DNA of 63,482 nt, counting the filler, from Squatina squatina (lineage: Eukaryota): NCBI GenBank assembly GCA_031763465.1. It is 3 parts of 3 records of this genome, joined end to end, with 100 filler letters (N's around TTAATTAATTAA, not from the genome) between each part and the next. Parts side by side here need not be neighbours in the genome. Positions count along the whole stretch, not along the records: positions 1 to 28,522 come from JARFOE010000051.1; 2 more parts are not named here. One strand, 5' to 3'. The notes beneath the pieces were generated by a model. The model saw only the letters and a program-made list of their open reading frames with translations, did not search any database and was not told the origin of the DNA. The position numbers were made by a program, and so were the translations under genes. Shown piece by piece: positions 1 through 11,006 of the stretch. How positions within the stretch are numbered: position 1 is the first letter of the stretch; every line of letters begins with the position of its first letter.

Positions 1-846
1 TGGACAGGTTGAGTGAGTGGGCAAATGCATGGCAGATGCAGCATAATGTGGATAAATGTGAGGTTATCCACTTTGGTAGCAAAAACAGGAAGGCAGATTA
101 TTATCTGAATGGCGATAAACTAGGAAAGGGGGAGGTGCAACGAGACCTGGGTGTCCTTGTGCACCAGTCGCTGAAAGTAAGCATGCAGGTGCAGCAGGCG
201 GTTAAGAAGGCAAATGGTATGTTGGCCTTCATAGCGAGAGGATTCGAGTACAGGAGCAGGGATGTCTTGCTGCAATTGTATATGACCTTGGTGAGACCAT
301 ACCTTGAGTATTGTGTGCAGTTTTGGTCCCCTTATCTGAGGAAGGCTGTTCTTGCTCTGGAGGGAGTGCAGCGAAGGTTCACCAGACTGATTCCTGGGAT
401 GGCAGGACTGACTTATGAAGAGAAATTGGGTCAATTAGGCTTAAATTCGCCAGAGTTTAGAAGAATGAGAGGGGATCTCATTGAAGCTTATAAAATTCTA
501 ACAGGACTGGACAGACCAGATGCAGGAAGGATGTTACCAATGGCAGGGGTGTCCAGAACCAGGGGTCACAGTCTAAGGATAAAGGGCAAGCCGTTTAGGA
601 CTGAGCTGAGGAGAAACTTTTTCACCCAGAGAGTGGTGAACCTGTGGAATTCTCTATCACAGAAGGTACTTGAGGCCAAGTCATTAAATATATTCAAGAA
701 GGAGTTAGATATACTTCTTATGGCTGAAGGGATCAAGGGACATGGGGAGAAAGCAGGAACAGGTACTGAATTTGGATCATATTGAATGTCAGAGCAGGCT
801 CGAAGGGCCAAATGGCCTACTCCTGTTCCTATTTTCTATGTTTCTG
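1..846 (+). mobile_element. CR1 LINE, 3' portion (ORF2 RT C-terminus open 9-785, plus 3' UTR and tail)
   Basis: The ORF has CR1 ORF2 motifs WQMQHNVDKCEVIHFG, RDLGVLV, LVRPYLEYCVQFWSP, RRMRGDLIEAYKIL and RRNFFTQRVVNLWNSL. It ends in ggccaaatggcctactcctgttcctattttctatgtttc. Confidence 0.93.
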
Positions 847-909
847 CCTCAGAGGTGAGACAGAGTGCCACACTGAATTAATACTGCAGGATATTCCAGG
901 TTGTGTGAG

Positions 910-1210
910 ATAGACTCATAGCACAGTGCAGCACTAAAGGAGGCCCATCGAGTCTGCGCTGGCTCTTTCGAAGAACAGTTCAGTTCGCCCCACTCCCTGC
1001 TCTTTCCTCATATCCCTGCAATTTATTCCCCTTCAAGTATTTCTCCAATTCGCTTTTGAATATGTATCCACCACCCTTTCAGACAGAGCATTCCAGATCC
1101 GAAGCACTCGCTGTGTAAAAAAGTTTTTCCTCTTGCCGCCTCTGCTTCTTTTGCCATTCACCTTAAATCTGTGCCCTCTGATCAGTGGCCCTTCAGCCAT
1201 TGGAAACAGT
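910..1210 (-). mobile_element. CR1-derived 3' end fragment
   Basis: The reverse complement resembles the CR1 ORF2 end and 3' UTR. Related copies lie at 37610-37860, 52195-52480 and 61210-61443. Confidence 0.65.
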
Positions 1211-1751
1211 TTGGCTGCAAAAATAGGCTCCCAAACAACCGGTGCTACGGGTTACTGTTTATGTCCCAAAATGGCGTCCGCGACACGAGCGCTCATGCCT
1301 GGTGCAAGCCGCCCCGGACGCCACCTTGGTTCGGATGTCAGAGCAGGTGTCCGAAGAAGCAGAGCAGGAAGCAGGCCAAGCGGGTAGATCGTGTCGTCAA
1401 TCGGCATGCAAGCTCCAGCTGATGTCCTCTCTCAGGCTCACACAACTGAACACGGGTTCAGCAGCAGATAAGGAGACCGAAACTGCACAGTGCTCCATGT
1501 GAGGTCTCACCAAGGCCCTGTACAGTTGTAGCAAAAAGTTACTTAATTGGCTGTAAAGTGCTTTGGGGATGTCTGGTGATTATGAAAGGTGTAATTGTCT
1601 CTCTGAAGTAAAACTGCAGTGTATTCCAGAGAGAGAGAGAAAGAGACTGACATTATGCTGTTGGTTATTCCATGGTCTGCGAGAGACACAGAGATAGCCA
1701 CTGAGTCAGTACTGCAGGTTCCTTCAGAGCGAGAGAGAGATCGAGACAAAG

Positions 1752-2396
1752 GGGGAGAAATTTGCCTGCTTAGCGCCTGGGGGGCGCTAACGAGGTGTTG
1801 AGAGGTTCGCGACCGTGTGCGGCGAATATAGTGACGCCCGCGAGCTTTAGTGTCGGTTAAGCGCTGGCGTTAACACTTAACCACCTGGGCCTCTGGCACC
1901 TCGCCGATCGCGACCTCCTAAAGTGCGCAGCACCCCGTTATCGCCCCGGAGGCGAAATTGCCTCCCGCCCCCTGCTGTATCGCTGGGCGCGAACAACGGC
2001 AGGAAGAGGAGGCATCGTCAACTAGGCTGGCCGCTTGGGAAGCGCTAATTAAAGGGAATGGTTTTCAGGTAGGCCAACCTTTCTCCTTTGCACCAGTCTG
2101 GTGCCTGCTGAAAGTTTTTGGTGTTTCATTGTTGCTAGATGTCGGAGCCCTCCTCTTTGTGAGAGTGTTTGGGGCTGTAATGGCAGTCGCCCGGGTCATC
2201 TTACGACGAAGAACTGCCGACAAGTGGGTTGTGCACCATCATTGACCCTTTATTTAAGCAAGGGAAGCAGCCTCTGATGCCGGTAGCATTGCACTCCACA
2301 TTGTTCAGCGCTCTGCCGCTACTGCCCCGCTCTCGGACTTTAGCAGCCTAAGGGAAGTAGTTAGCACTTGATTTGGTGCTCCACAAATTTCCCGGC
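1752..2396. mobile_element. GC/CpG-rich non-autonomous TIR element (Harbinger-type MITE, inferred)
   Basis: Starts ggggagaaatttg and ends caaatttcccggc, an imperfect TIR. Its left end matches 42796-42894 (aaattggccttcttagcacc...ctggggggcga). Confidence 0.5.
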
Positions 2397-2477
2397 AGGA
2401 GAGAATCATTAGCGGCTTGCTTTCTACTTTTCAAAAGTTAATGACCCAACCGGAATGCTTCAGAATGTCTAGCCCAA

Positions 2478-2781
2478 GGAGAAAAGAGAGATAGAGAGAC
2501 AGAAAGAGACACAGACAGACAGAGAAACTGAGAGAAAGAGACAGAAACAGAGGCTGAGAGAGAAAGATGGAGATGGGCCTAGAGTGAGAGTGACAGGGCA
2601 GGGAGAGGAGAAAGTAAGACAGTGAGAGAGAGAGTCAGAGAGACGGAGTGAGGGACACAAAAATAGACAGATATAGCGGGGATAGAGAGAGAAAAACACG
2701 GAGTGACACGACAGAGAGAAAGAGGAGAGATAGATGGGGGGACGCAAGAGAGGAGAGATAAGTTGATGGAGACAGAGGGAG
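2478..2781. repeat. Degenerate (GA)/(GACA)-rich microsatellite
   Basis: Purine-rich gagagagacagagaga tract. It produces spurious S/L-rich ORFs on the minus strand. Confidence 0.85.
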
Positions 2782-3195
2782 ATGTGCTTCCCTCTTGTTC
2801 TGTAAATTCCTGTGTGCTGTGGGCCTTTTGAGCAGTTCATGATCCTTTGCCAGAATGTGTTCTAATACTGGTTGTGATCTCAGATCTTTTATCTCCAATA
2901 ATAATAAGGAGCTGGTCTGTTGACAGTTAAACAGACGCCACTTGCTGGTACATCAATGGATTTGTTCCAGGGCGGAAGTGGATGAATTTAAATACACTAC
3001 TACGACAAAAGCAAGAATTGATACTCGATACTGATCTGACTGAGACTGGAGCAGAGGATCCCAGGGAGGGGCATCACTGAGAGTGGGGGGAGGCAGTGAT
3101 CTTTGGGAAAAGCCATGGTTCCATCCCTCCGTCTGTGCTGAGTGATCTAATCTGAGCTAGTGTGGAACAGAGCCCCACACACAAAGCTTTGGATT

Positions 3196-3397
3196 GTGTA
3201 GAGGGAGATTTACTCTGTATCCATCCCCGTGCTGCACCTATACTGGGAGTGTTTGATTGGACAGTGTAGAGGTAGCATTACTGTGTGTCTTTCCTCTGCT
3301 GCACTCGCCCTTGGATTGTTTGATGGGACAGTGTCGAGGGAGCTTTAGTCTGTATCTAACCCATGCTGTACCTGCCCTGGTCGTATTTGCTGGGACA
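3196..3397 (+). repeat. Three diverged copies of a 67-68 bp tandem unit
   Basis: Units start at 3196, 3264 and 3331. Approximate consensus gtgtagagggagctttactctgtatctaacccgtgctgtacctgccctgggagtgtttgatgggaca, which I recall as a common shark satellite-like repeat. Confidence 0.85.
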
Positions 3398-3398
3398 A

Positions 3399-4104
3399 TT
3401 TTTTTTTAAATTCGTTCCTGGGATGTGGGCATCACTGGCAAGGTCACCATTTATTGCCCAGCCTTAGTTGCTCTTGAGAAGGTGGTGATGAGCCGCCTTC
3501 TTGAACCGCTGCAGTCCTTGTGGTGAAGGAACTCCCACAGTGCTGTTAGGGAGGGAGTTCCAGGAGTATGACCCAGTGACGAAGAAGGAACAGTGATAGA
3601 CTTCCAAGTCATGATGGCATGTAACTTGAAGGTGGTGCTGTTCCCCTGCGTCTGCTGCCCTTGTCCTTCTAGATGGCAGAGGTCGTGGGTTTGGGAGGTG
3701 CTGTCGAAGAAGCCCTGGTGAGTTGCTGCAGTGCATCTTATAGATGGTACTCACTGCAACCACAGTGCAGGGAGTGAATGTTTCAGGACATGGAAGGGGT
3801 GCCGATCAAGCGGACTGCATTGTCCTGGATGGTGTCGAGCTTCTTGAGTGTTGCAGCTGCACTCATCCAGGCTCCTGACTTGTGTCTTGTAGATGGTGGA
3901 AAGGCTTTGGGGAGTTTGGAGGTGAGACACTCACCGTAGGATACCCAGTCGCTGACCTGCTTATGTAGCCACAGTGTTTATGTGACTGGTCCAGTTAAGT
4001 TTCTGGTCGATGTTGACCCCGAGGATATTGATGGTGGGGGATTCAGCAATGGTAATGCCGTTGAATATCAAGGGGCGGTGGTTAGACTCTCGCTTGTTGG
4101 AGAT
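3399..4104 (-). mobile_element. CR1-group LINE (second family), 3' end
   Basis: Minus-strand ORF2 C-terminal remnants (SWNSLPNSTVGVPSPQGLQRFKKAAHHHLLK) followed by a poly-A tail. Same family as 16314-16870. Confidence 0.8.
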
Positions 4105-4259
4105 NNNNNNNNNNNNNNNNNNNNNNNNNNNNNNNNNNNNNNNNNNNNNNNNNNNNNNNNNNNNNNNNNNNNNNNNNNNNNNNNNNNNNNNNNNNNNNNN
4201 NNNNATATCATGGGGTTACAGTGGGAACATCCAGCTGGGTAGATATTTCCGTACAAAGT

Positions 4260-4650
4260 TTTTTTTTGTTTATGGGATGTGGGTGTCGTCAACAAGGCCG
4301 GCATTTATTGCCCATCCCTAATTACCCTCGAGAAGGTGGTGCTGAGCCGCCGCCTTGAACCGCAGAGGGCAGTTAAGAGTCAACCACATTGCTGTGGATC
4401 TGGAGTCACAGAGGCCAGGTCGGGTAAGGACAGCACATACCCTACCCCTAAAGGACATTAGTGAATCAGATGGGTTTTTACGACAATCCGGTAGTCTCAT
4501 GGTCACCATTACTAATACTAACTATATATTCCAGACTAATTTAATTAACTGAATTTAAATTCCCCAGCTCCCGTGGTGGGATTTGAACTCGCGTCTCTGG
4601 GTCATTAAACAAGGCCTCTGGATTACTGGTCCAGTAACATATCGTACCCA
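4260..4650 (-). mobile_element. tRNA-headed SINE sharing its 3' tail with the LINE at 3399-4104
   Basis: Reverse complement of the copy at 7087-7452. It has a B-box-like gagttcaaatccc, and its tail matches 3410-3510. Confidence 0.8.
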
Positions 4651-4776
4651 CATGAAGATTGGTCACTTCGGCAATGGGACAACACAACCCCCTCGGTCAG
4701 GGCACAAGGTTCAAAAATGGGGAAAAGCCCTCAAGTTTAAATATCAGGTGACTAAGCACAGCTGATTCAACATCTT

Positions 4777-5331
4777 GGCCCTGAAATTCCTGGGCCTGGG
4801 AGGGTGGTACTGGGGCCCTGATCTGTTCCGTTGGATTTTTGCCACTTTACCCCCGTGAACAGATTTTCTGATGGTGGGGTAGGTTGGACACTTCTTGCAC
4901 CTGTTGCCCTTTCGTCCTAACATAATTGAAAGAAGCGAGATTGGCAGGAGGACAGCACCCCCCTCCCCCTCCCCCTCCCCCTCCAGGTGTAGGTGGAGCA
5001 ACCAACTGGCAGACAGAAAGCAGCAACAGGAAAATAGCAGTTTAATTTTTTTTTTAAATCAAAGTTCGGCTGCACGGTACGCTACCCCCTTCGGGGCAGC
5101 AAAACGCTTCCCTGAAATTCACGCCTTCCCAACCTCCAACCCGCTCCCCACGGAATGAACATTGTGAACATCCAAGGAGCACTGTAAATGCTGTGGGCGC
5201 TCATCTCTCTTATGGAAATGAGCCCACCTCCAAGATTTTGGATGGGGGTCAATGCCAAGGCCAACAATGGTCTGAAGTACCACGCTGCTACAATTTTGCC
5301 GGTGTACCGGGGTCCAAGAAATTTCAGGTTC
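4777..5331. mobile_element. Non-autonomous TIR element, about 555 bp (Harbinger-type MITE, inferred)
   Basis: Left end cctgaaattcctgggcctggg versus right end ccggggtccaagaaatttcagg (reverse complement cctgaaatttcttggaccccgg): an imperfect TIR of about 20 bp. Confidence 0.55.
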
Positions 5332-5591
5332 CATGTCTTTACAGCAGGACAATACTCATTGTAACTGCCATGGATTTTGGGGAGATTAGTTTTAGAAGAC
5401 CAGCTAAAAATAAAACTGTCACCATCAGTAACTGTTTTACAGAAATGCACAGTTGCAAAGAATCATGAACATCTTTAACAGCTTTACACTGTCCTGCATA
5501 ACGCAGTTTGCCTCATGGTTTGACTGAAATGGCCCGGTCATGCGGTGCAGTAACCGGTGAGAGCCTGATTTTGATTCTTCTCTTGCGACAG

Positions 5592-5692
5592 GTGGTCAAA
5601 TGGCAACTATCCAGGAGGCAGGTCTAACACGAGGCAGCCCAGCGGGCAAGGTTTCTGCAGAACCACCTTCCTATCGAGGTTCCATCACTCAG
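5592..5692 (+). CDS. NCOR1: Internal coding exon of a nuclear receptor corepressor (NCOR1-like)
   Basis: Acceptor ttcttctcttgcgacag and donor CAG|gtatct. 101 nt, phase 1 to 0. Encodes (x)GQMATIQEAGLTRGSPAGKVSAEPPSYRGSITQ, matching recalled human NCOR1 GTAGAIQEGSITRGTPTSKISVESIPSLRGSITQ with the GSI motif. Confidence 0.72.
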
Positions 5693-5848
5693 GTATCTAA
5701 CTTTGTTTCCTCACTCTTTGCTATTTAAAGCTTCTACTAAAAGTGACCGGCTGAAAGCTACATGTAGCAATGCCTTGCATGAAGTTGGTGCACTGAGATC
5801 TGACCGTACTCTTGTACGTTACTATCTGAGGGGCCCTCTGCAAGCATT

Positions 5849-6007
5849 GACCCTCTCCCAGGGACTCTCCGATCCTCTCCACTCTCCCGGGGACCCTCCG
5901 AGTGTCAACCCTCTCCACCCACCCGGGGACCCTCCGAGTGTCAATCCTCTCCCAGGGACTCTCCGACCCTCTCCACTCTCCCGGGGACCCTCCGAGTGTC
6001 AACCCTC
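5849..6007. repeat. GC-rich minisatellite (about 35 bp core), running into a gap
   Basis: Repeated cccggggaccctccgagtgtcaa(c/t)cctctcc, interspersed with cagggactctccga. Confidence 0.85.
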
Positions 6008-6107
6008 NNNNNNNNNNNNNNNNNNNNNNNNNNNNNNNNNNNNNNNNNNNNNNNNNNNNNNNNNNNNNNNNNNNNNNNNNNNNNNNNNNNNNNNNNNNNN
6101 NNNNNNN

Positions 6108-6405
6108 AAGGGATGAATGAGGATTTCAACTGCAGATGGGCTGAGGCAGGGGCAGAGGTGGGCAATGTTGCAGAGGCGAGAGTAGACAGTCTTGGTGATG
6201 GAGTGGACATGAGATTGGAAGCTCATACTAGGGTGAAGTAGGACACCAAGGTTGTGAACAGTCTAGTTCAGCCTCACCAGGGAAAGGGATGGGGTCAGTG
6301 GTTAGGAAACAGTATCTGTGGGTGGAGGACTGAAGACAGTGGCATTGGTCTTCCCGATCTTTAGTTAGAGGAAATTTCTGCTCAACCAGTACAGGATACA
6401 TGCAG
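6108..6405 (-). mobile_element. L2-clade LINE RT C-terminal fragment
   Basis: The minus strand reads MSFQSHVHSITKTVYSRLCNIAHLCPCLSPSAVEILIH, typical of L2 ORF2. Paralogous to 47495-47920 and 49950-51150. Confidence 0.8.
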
Positions 6406-6477
6406 GAATTCAACACCATGTTTGAGCCTCTGAAACCTGCTACTGAGATATCAGTAGGATCGGCACTCGGTAATAAC

Positions 6478-6716
6478 TTCAAGTCCCACTCCGTAAACAT
6501 GAGCACATAATTTAGAATGATGTTTCACTGCAGGGATCTTGCGGATGAGACGTTAAACCGTCTGTCTTCTCTGGTGGACACAAAAGATCCCATGGCCACT
6601 ATTTCAAAGAAGAGCAGGGAGTTTTCTCCCCGGTCTCCTGGCCAATATTTATCCCGAATTCAACATCACCAAAAATAGATTATCTGGTCATTATTGCATT
6701 GCTGTTTGTGGGAGGT
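6478..6716 (+). mobile_element. Deu-domain SINE (SacSINE1/AmnSINE1-like) fragment
   Basis: Deu core ggatgagacgttaaaccg...aaaagatcccatggc(c)actatttc..agaagagcaggg...cctggccaatattta. A matching tRNA-like head lies at 12500-12597 and a tail at about 1535-1600. Confidence 0.75.
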
Positions 6717-7086
6717 NNNNNNNNNNNNNNNNNNNNNNNNNNNNNNNNNNNNNNNNNNNNNNNNNNNNNNNNNNNNNNNNNNNNNNNNNNNNNNNNNNNN
6801 NNNNNNNNNNNNNNNNCTGTTTTGCATGGGGGTGGGGGGAGTGTAATTTTCAACTTTATCACTGGAAATCAGTGGAAGAAAAATCGGGTGGGTTCTGTAA
6901 CGGGCAAATGAACCATTCTGCCAGTTTATTGCCCAAGGTGGAAACTATCACCAGGGAAAGAATTTGTTTTCCAATCAGTTGATTTCATGTTAACTATCTG
7001 TATGCATTTAGTATTTGTTGTTACATATTTTCAACTTGTACACGCTTACGGATATTTATACTGTGCTTCATTAACTATTAGCGATC

Positions 7087-7452
7087 AGGTACAGTATCAT
7101 AGTGGTTCTGTTACTGGACTTGTAATCCAGAAGCCTGGACTAATGATCCAGAGGCGTGAGTTCATATCCCACCATGGCAGCTTTGGAATTTAAATTCAGT
7201 TCATTCAATAAATCTGGAATAAAAAGCTAGTATCAGTAATGGTGATCATGAAACTATGAGATTGTCGTAAAAACCTATTTGGTTCACTAATGTCCTTTAG
7301 GGAAGGAAATCTGCCCTCCTTACCCGGTCTGGCCTCTACGTGACCCCAGATCCCACAGCAATGTAATGTGGTTGACTCTTAAATGGCCCTGGGCAATGGA
7401 TGCTGGCCTTGCCAGCGAAGCCCACATCCCTGTGAATGAACTTAAAAATAAA
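7087..7452 (+). mobile_element. Near full-length tRNA-derived SINE
   Basis: Head agtggttctgttactggacttgtaatccag...gagttcatatccc, body, LINE-derived tail gcccacatccctgtgaatgaa, and an A-rich end. Confidence 0.82.
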
Positions 7453-7539
7453 ATTGCCGGAGGGAGTGACGATGGAGTCGACCATGTCTGCTGCTATACC
7501 AGGTGAGCCTTACCTGATCTGGCCTTTTTTGTGACTCCA

Positions 7540-8012
7540 AACTGCAATGTGGTCGAGTCTTAACTGCTCCCTGAAATGGCCGACCACTTGTTTGTACCAA
7601 ACTGCTACAAAGAACAGCAGTTCAAGGGGCCACTCATCATCACCTTCTCAAGGGCAATTAGGGGTGGGCTTGCTATTTAAAAAAAATTTGTTCCTGGGAT
7701 GTGGGCGTTGCCGGCGAGGCCAGCATTTATTGCCCATCCCAAATTGCCCTCGAGAAGGTGGGTGATGAGCCGCCTTCTTGAACCACTGCAGCAGTGGCTG
7801 TTCTCAAATGAATGGCTTGCCAGGCCATTTCAGAGGGCAGATAAGAGTCAACCACATTGCCGTGGGTCTGGAGTCACTGGCTTTTTTTAAAATTCCAGAT
7901 TATTTTTTACTTAAATTCCACAGCTGCTGTGGCAGGATTTGAACTCATGTCTACTGGATCAATAGTCCAAGCCTCTGGACTACTGGTCCCACAACTTAAC
8001 CACTATGCTACC
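7540..8012. mobile_element. Two further copies of the same SINE, tail-to-tail (+ partial 7540-7686; - 7687-8012)
   Basis: gcaatgtggtcgagtcttaactgc on +, then gttcctgggatgtgggcg...aagagtcaaccacattgc...ggatttgaactc on -. Confidence 0.72.
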
Positions 8013-8559
8013 AAGTCCTCTCATGATGCCCATCTCCTGTGAACGGATAAATAAATAAAAAAAGCTGCACTGCCTTGGATAGCAGTTGTACTGAAAAGAT
8101 TGTACAACTCTCCTTTGTTGAAAAATTGAGAACTGTTCTTTTGCACCCGGCATCAGCACATATCACTCATTGTCAGGAATAACAAGGACGGATACAAAGT
8201 AAAGCTCCATGCTTCGCTCCATGCAATGTCCCTCAGCTCTTCTAATGCTCATGGTTCAAGTTTAACATTTTTGATGGTTAAGTAAAACTTCCGAAAGAAT
8301 TGCCATTGTAAAGGGGGAACATCACCATTTCGTGAGGCAAAGAGTCCCCAAAAGCCAAGTACATTTCATCTTTTGCACCTCGACGATAAGATCTACAAGC
8401 GGCACAACGATGTTATCGAAAGGCCGTGTTGTATTTGAATTTACACACTGTCTTTGCAATTCAAATGATGCCTTTATGATAGGAATTACATCATTCGGTC
8501 CCAGCTTTACAAACAATTTGGAAAGCTCACGGAATCATAGAATTAGACAGCAACAAACA

Positions 8560-8843
8560 TACGATCAATTCCTTCAAACGAGAGCTGGACCCTGTTTCTG
8601 GCTGGGGTGGAGATCACCTCTTACAGAAGGTCGGTACTGCTCGAGTGATCTCCTGGACTAGTTTCGATTGTCTAGATGGGTCAGAGAGGAATTGCCCAGA
8701 TTTTTTCACCCCAAATTGGCCTGGGTTTTTTCATCAGTTTTTTTTTGCCACTCCCAGGAGATCACGTTTTGGGTGGGTGGAGTGTATATGTTGTGAGACA
8801 AAAGGTACCGCAATTGTGTGGGACAGGCTTGATGGACCGGATA
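8560..8843 (+). mobile_element. CR1-group LINE 3' end with a base-paired 3' UTR domain
   Basis: ttccttcaaacgagagctggac (SFKRELD), then a UTR containing a 12-bp inverted repeat, then the CR1 terminal motif ggcttgatggaccg. Confidence 0.6.
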
Positions 8844-8943
8844 NNNNNNNNNNNNNNNNNNNNNNNNNNNNNNNNNNNNNNNNNNNNNNNNNNNNNNNNN
8901 NNNNNNNNNNNNNNNNNNNNNNNNNNNNNNNNNNNNNNNNNNN

Positions 8944-9683
8944 ACTCACTGCATAAAGAAGTTTTTCCTCATCATGCCTTTGGTTCTTCTGCCAATCACC
9001 TTAAATCTGTGTCCTCTGGTTCTCGATTCTTCCGTCAATGGGAACAGTTTATCTCTGCCAGACCCCTCATGATTTTGAACACCTCTATCAAATCTCCTCT
9101 CAATGTTCTCTGCTCTAAGGAGAACGACCCCAGTTTCTCTAGTCTATCCACATAACTGAAATCCCTCATCCTTGGAGTCAATCTCGTAAATCTTTTCTTC
9201 ACCCTCTGTAAGGCCTTCACATCCTCCATAAAGTGTGGTGCTCAGAATTGGACACAATATTCCAGTTGAGACCAAACCAGTGTTTTATGCAGGTTCATCA
9301 TAATTTCCACGCTTTTGTACTCTACACCTCTATTCATGAAGCCTAGGGTCCCATAAGCTTTTTTAACTCTTTCTCAACCTACCCTGCCACCTTCAATAAT
9401 TTGTGCGCATATACCCCTAGGTCTCATTGTTCATGCACCCACTTTAGAATTGTACCCTTCACTTCATATTTCCTCTCCTCATTCTTTCTGTCAAAATGTA
9501 TCACCACATTTTTCTGCGTTAAATTTCATTTGCCACATGTCGGCCCATTCCACCAGCCTGTCTATGTCCTCTTGAAGTCTATCACTATCCTCCTCACTGC
9601 TCACTATACTTTCAAGTTTTGTGTCATCTGCAAATTTTGCAATTGTGCCCTGTATACCCACATCCAAGTCATTAATATATATT
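8944..9683 (-). mobile_element. CR1 LINE ORF2 RT C-terminal fragment (decayed)
   Basis: VKALQRVKKRFTRLTPRMRDFSYVDRLEKLGSFSLEQRTLRGDLIEVFKIM on the minus strand. Confidence 0.88.
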
Positions 9684-9689
9684 GACAGT

Positions 9690-10228
9690 CTGCACAGAGC
9701 GGGATTAAACAGAGTGCACTTAAACAGAGTGTTGTATTTGGGAATTTAGAAAGAGTGCGAATTCGGAGAAGAGGAGGAAGGTAAGTTGCTGCTTTTTGCC
9801 TACTCTACTTGTAGTGCTTTGTGTTACAGGTAGATATTTAATTTCATCACCCATAACCTAATCTAGATCAATTAAGTAGTCAAGAATTAAACTGTAAACT
9901 AAATTACTTAAATACAAATTTAATTAATTTTAATTAAATAGAACAAGGTCATATAGGGATGGCAGTGCAGGTGGTGTGCCGCAACTGCAGCATGTGGGAG
10001 TTTGTGGAGGGCATTATGATCCCGGACAACCACGTTTGCAGTACGTGCCTGCATCTTGAGGAACTTCAGCTCAGAGTTGTTGAGCTGGAGCCTGAGGTGG
10101 AGTCATTGCTGGGCATCAGGGGTGGGGACACTTTGATCCAGGAGGCAGTCACACCCCATTAGGTTAGGTAATCGTACAGGTCTGGTTGGTGGTCAGGGAC
10201 AGGAGGGTGTGACTGCAACTTGGGCAGG
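9690..10228 (+). mobile_element. CR1 5' end with ORF1 N-terminal zinc-finger and leucine-zipper region (9959-10162)
   Basis: MAVQVVCRNCSMWE...HVCSTCLHLEELQLRVVELE gives CxxC..CxxC plus heptad repeats, typical of vertebrate CR1 ORF1p. Confidence 0.75.
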
Positions 10229-10230
10229 TA

Positions 10231-10929
10231 ACATAGAAACATAGAAAATAGGAGCAGGAGTAGGCCCTTTGGCCCTTCGGACCTGCTCCGCCATTCAATA
10301 TGATCATGGCTGATCATCTGCTTCAGTACCCTGTTTCCGCTTTCTCCATATCCCTTGATCCCTCAACGTATTGGTCTAAAAAACCACCACGTACGCACTC
10401 CAAGAATTCATCGTCCACAGTATTATTGCTAATTTGGTTTGACCAATCTATATGTAGATTAAAGTCACCCATGATTACAGTTGTACCCTCATTGCATGTG
10501 TCTCTAATTTCCTGTTAATTCCATCCCCTACATCACCACTATTATTTGGGGGCCTATAGACAACCCCCACTCATGTTTTCTGCCCCTTGGTTTTTCTTAG
10601 CTCCACCCATACAGATTCCACATCATGTCCTTCCTCACCATTGCATTGATTTCCTCATTTACTAACAATGCCACCCCACCTCTTTTCCCTTTTTGCCTGT
10701 CCTTCCTAAATATTGAACACCGCTGGATGTTCAGTTCCCATCCTTGGTCACCCTGCAGCCATGTCTCTGTAATTGCAATTACATCATAGCCGTTTATATC
10801 TATTTGCGCTGTTAATTCACCTACATTATTGCGAATGCTCCACGCATTAATGCACAATGCCTTTAGACTTGTCTTTTTAACATTATTAGTCCTCTTAGCT
10901 TTTTTTTGCACTATGGCCCTATTTGCTTC
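10231..10929 (-). mobile_element. CR1 copy with an internal deletion (APE region joined directly to the 3' tail)
   Basis: catagaaacatagaaaatagg tail at 10231-10360 abuts APE-coding sequence (ALCINAWSIRN, IAITETWLQG, KRGGVALLV). Confidence 0.8.
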
Positions 10930-11006
10930 NNNNNNNNNNNNNNNNNNNNNNNNNNNNNNNNNNNNNNNNNNNNNNNNNNNNNNNNNNNNNNNNNNNNNNN
11001 NNNNNN

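Noticed and set aside
2469-2898. S/L-rich minus-strand ORFs
   Set aside because: They are translations of the GA microsatellite.
3196-3397. Regularly spaced repeats resembling a CRISPR array
   Set aside because: The whole unit is repeated with no unique spacers, there are no cas genes, and the DNA is eukaryotic. It is a satellite-like repeat.
7087-7180. tRNA gene
   Set aside because: It is a tRNA-derived SINE head without a full cloverleaf and continues into the SINE body.
8326-8392. Possible minus-strand exon (SYRRGAKDEMYLAFGDSLPHEM)
   Set aside because: Weak splice signals and no recognisable homology; cannot be supported without a search.
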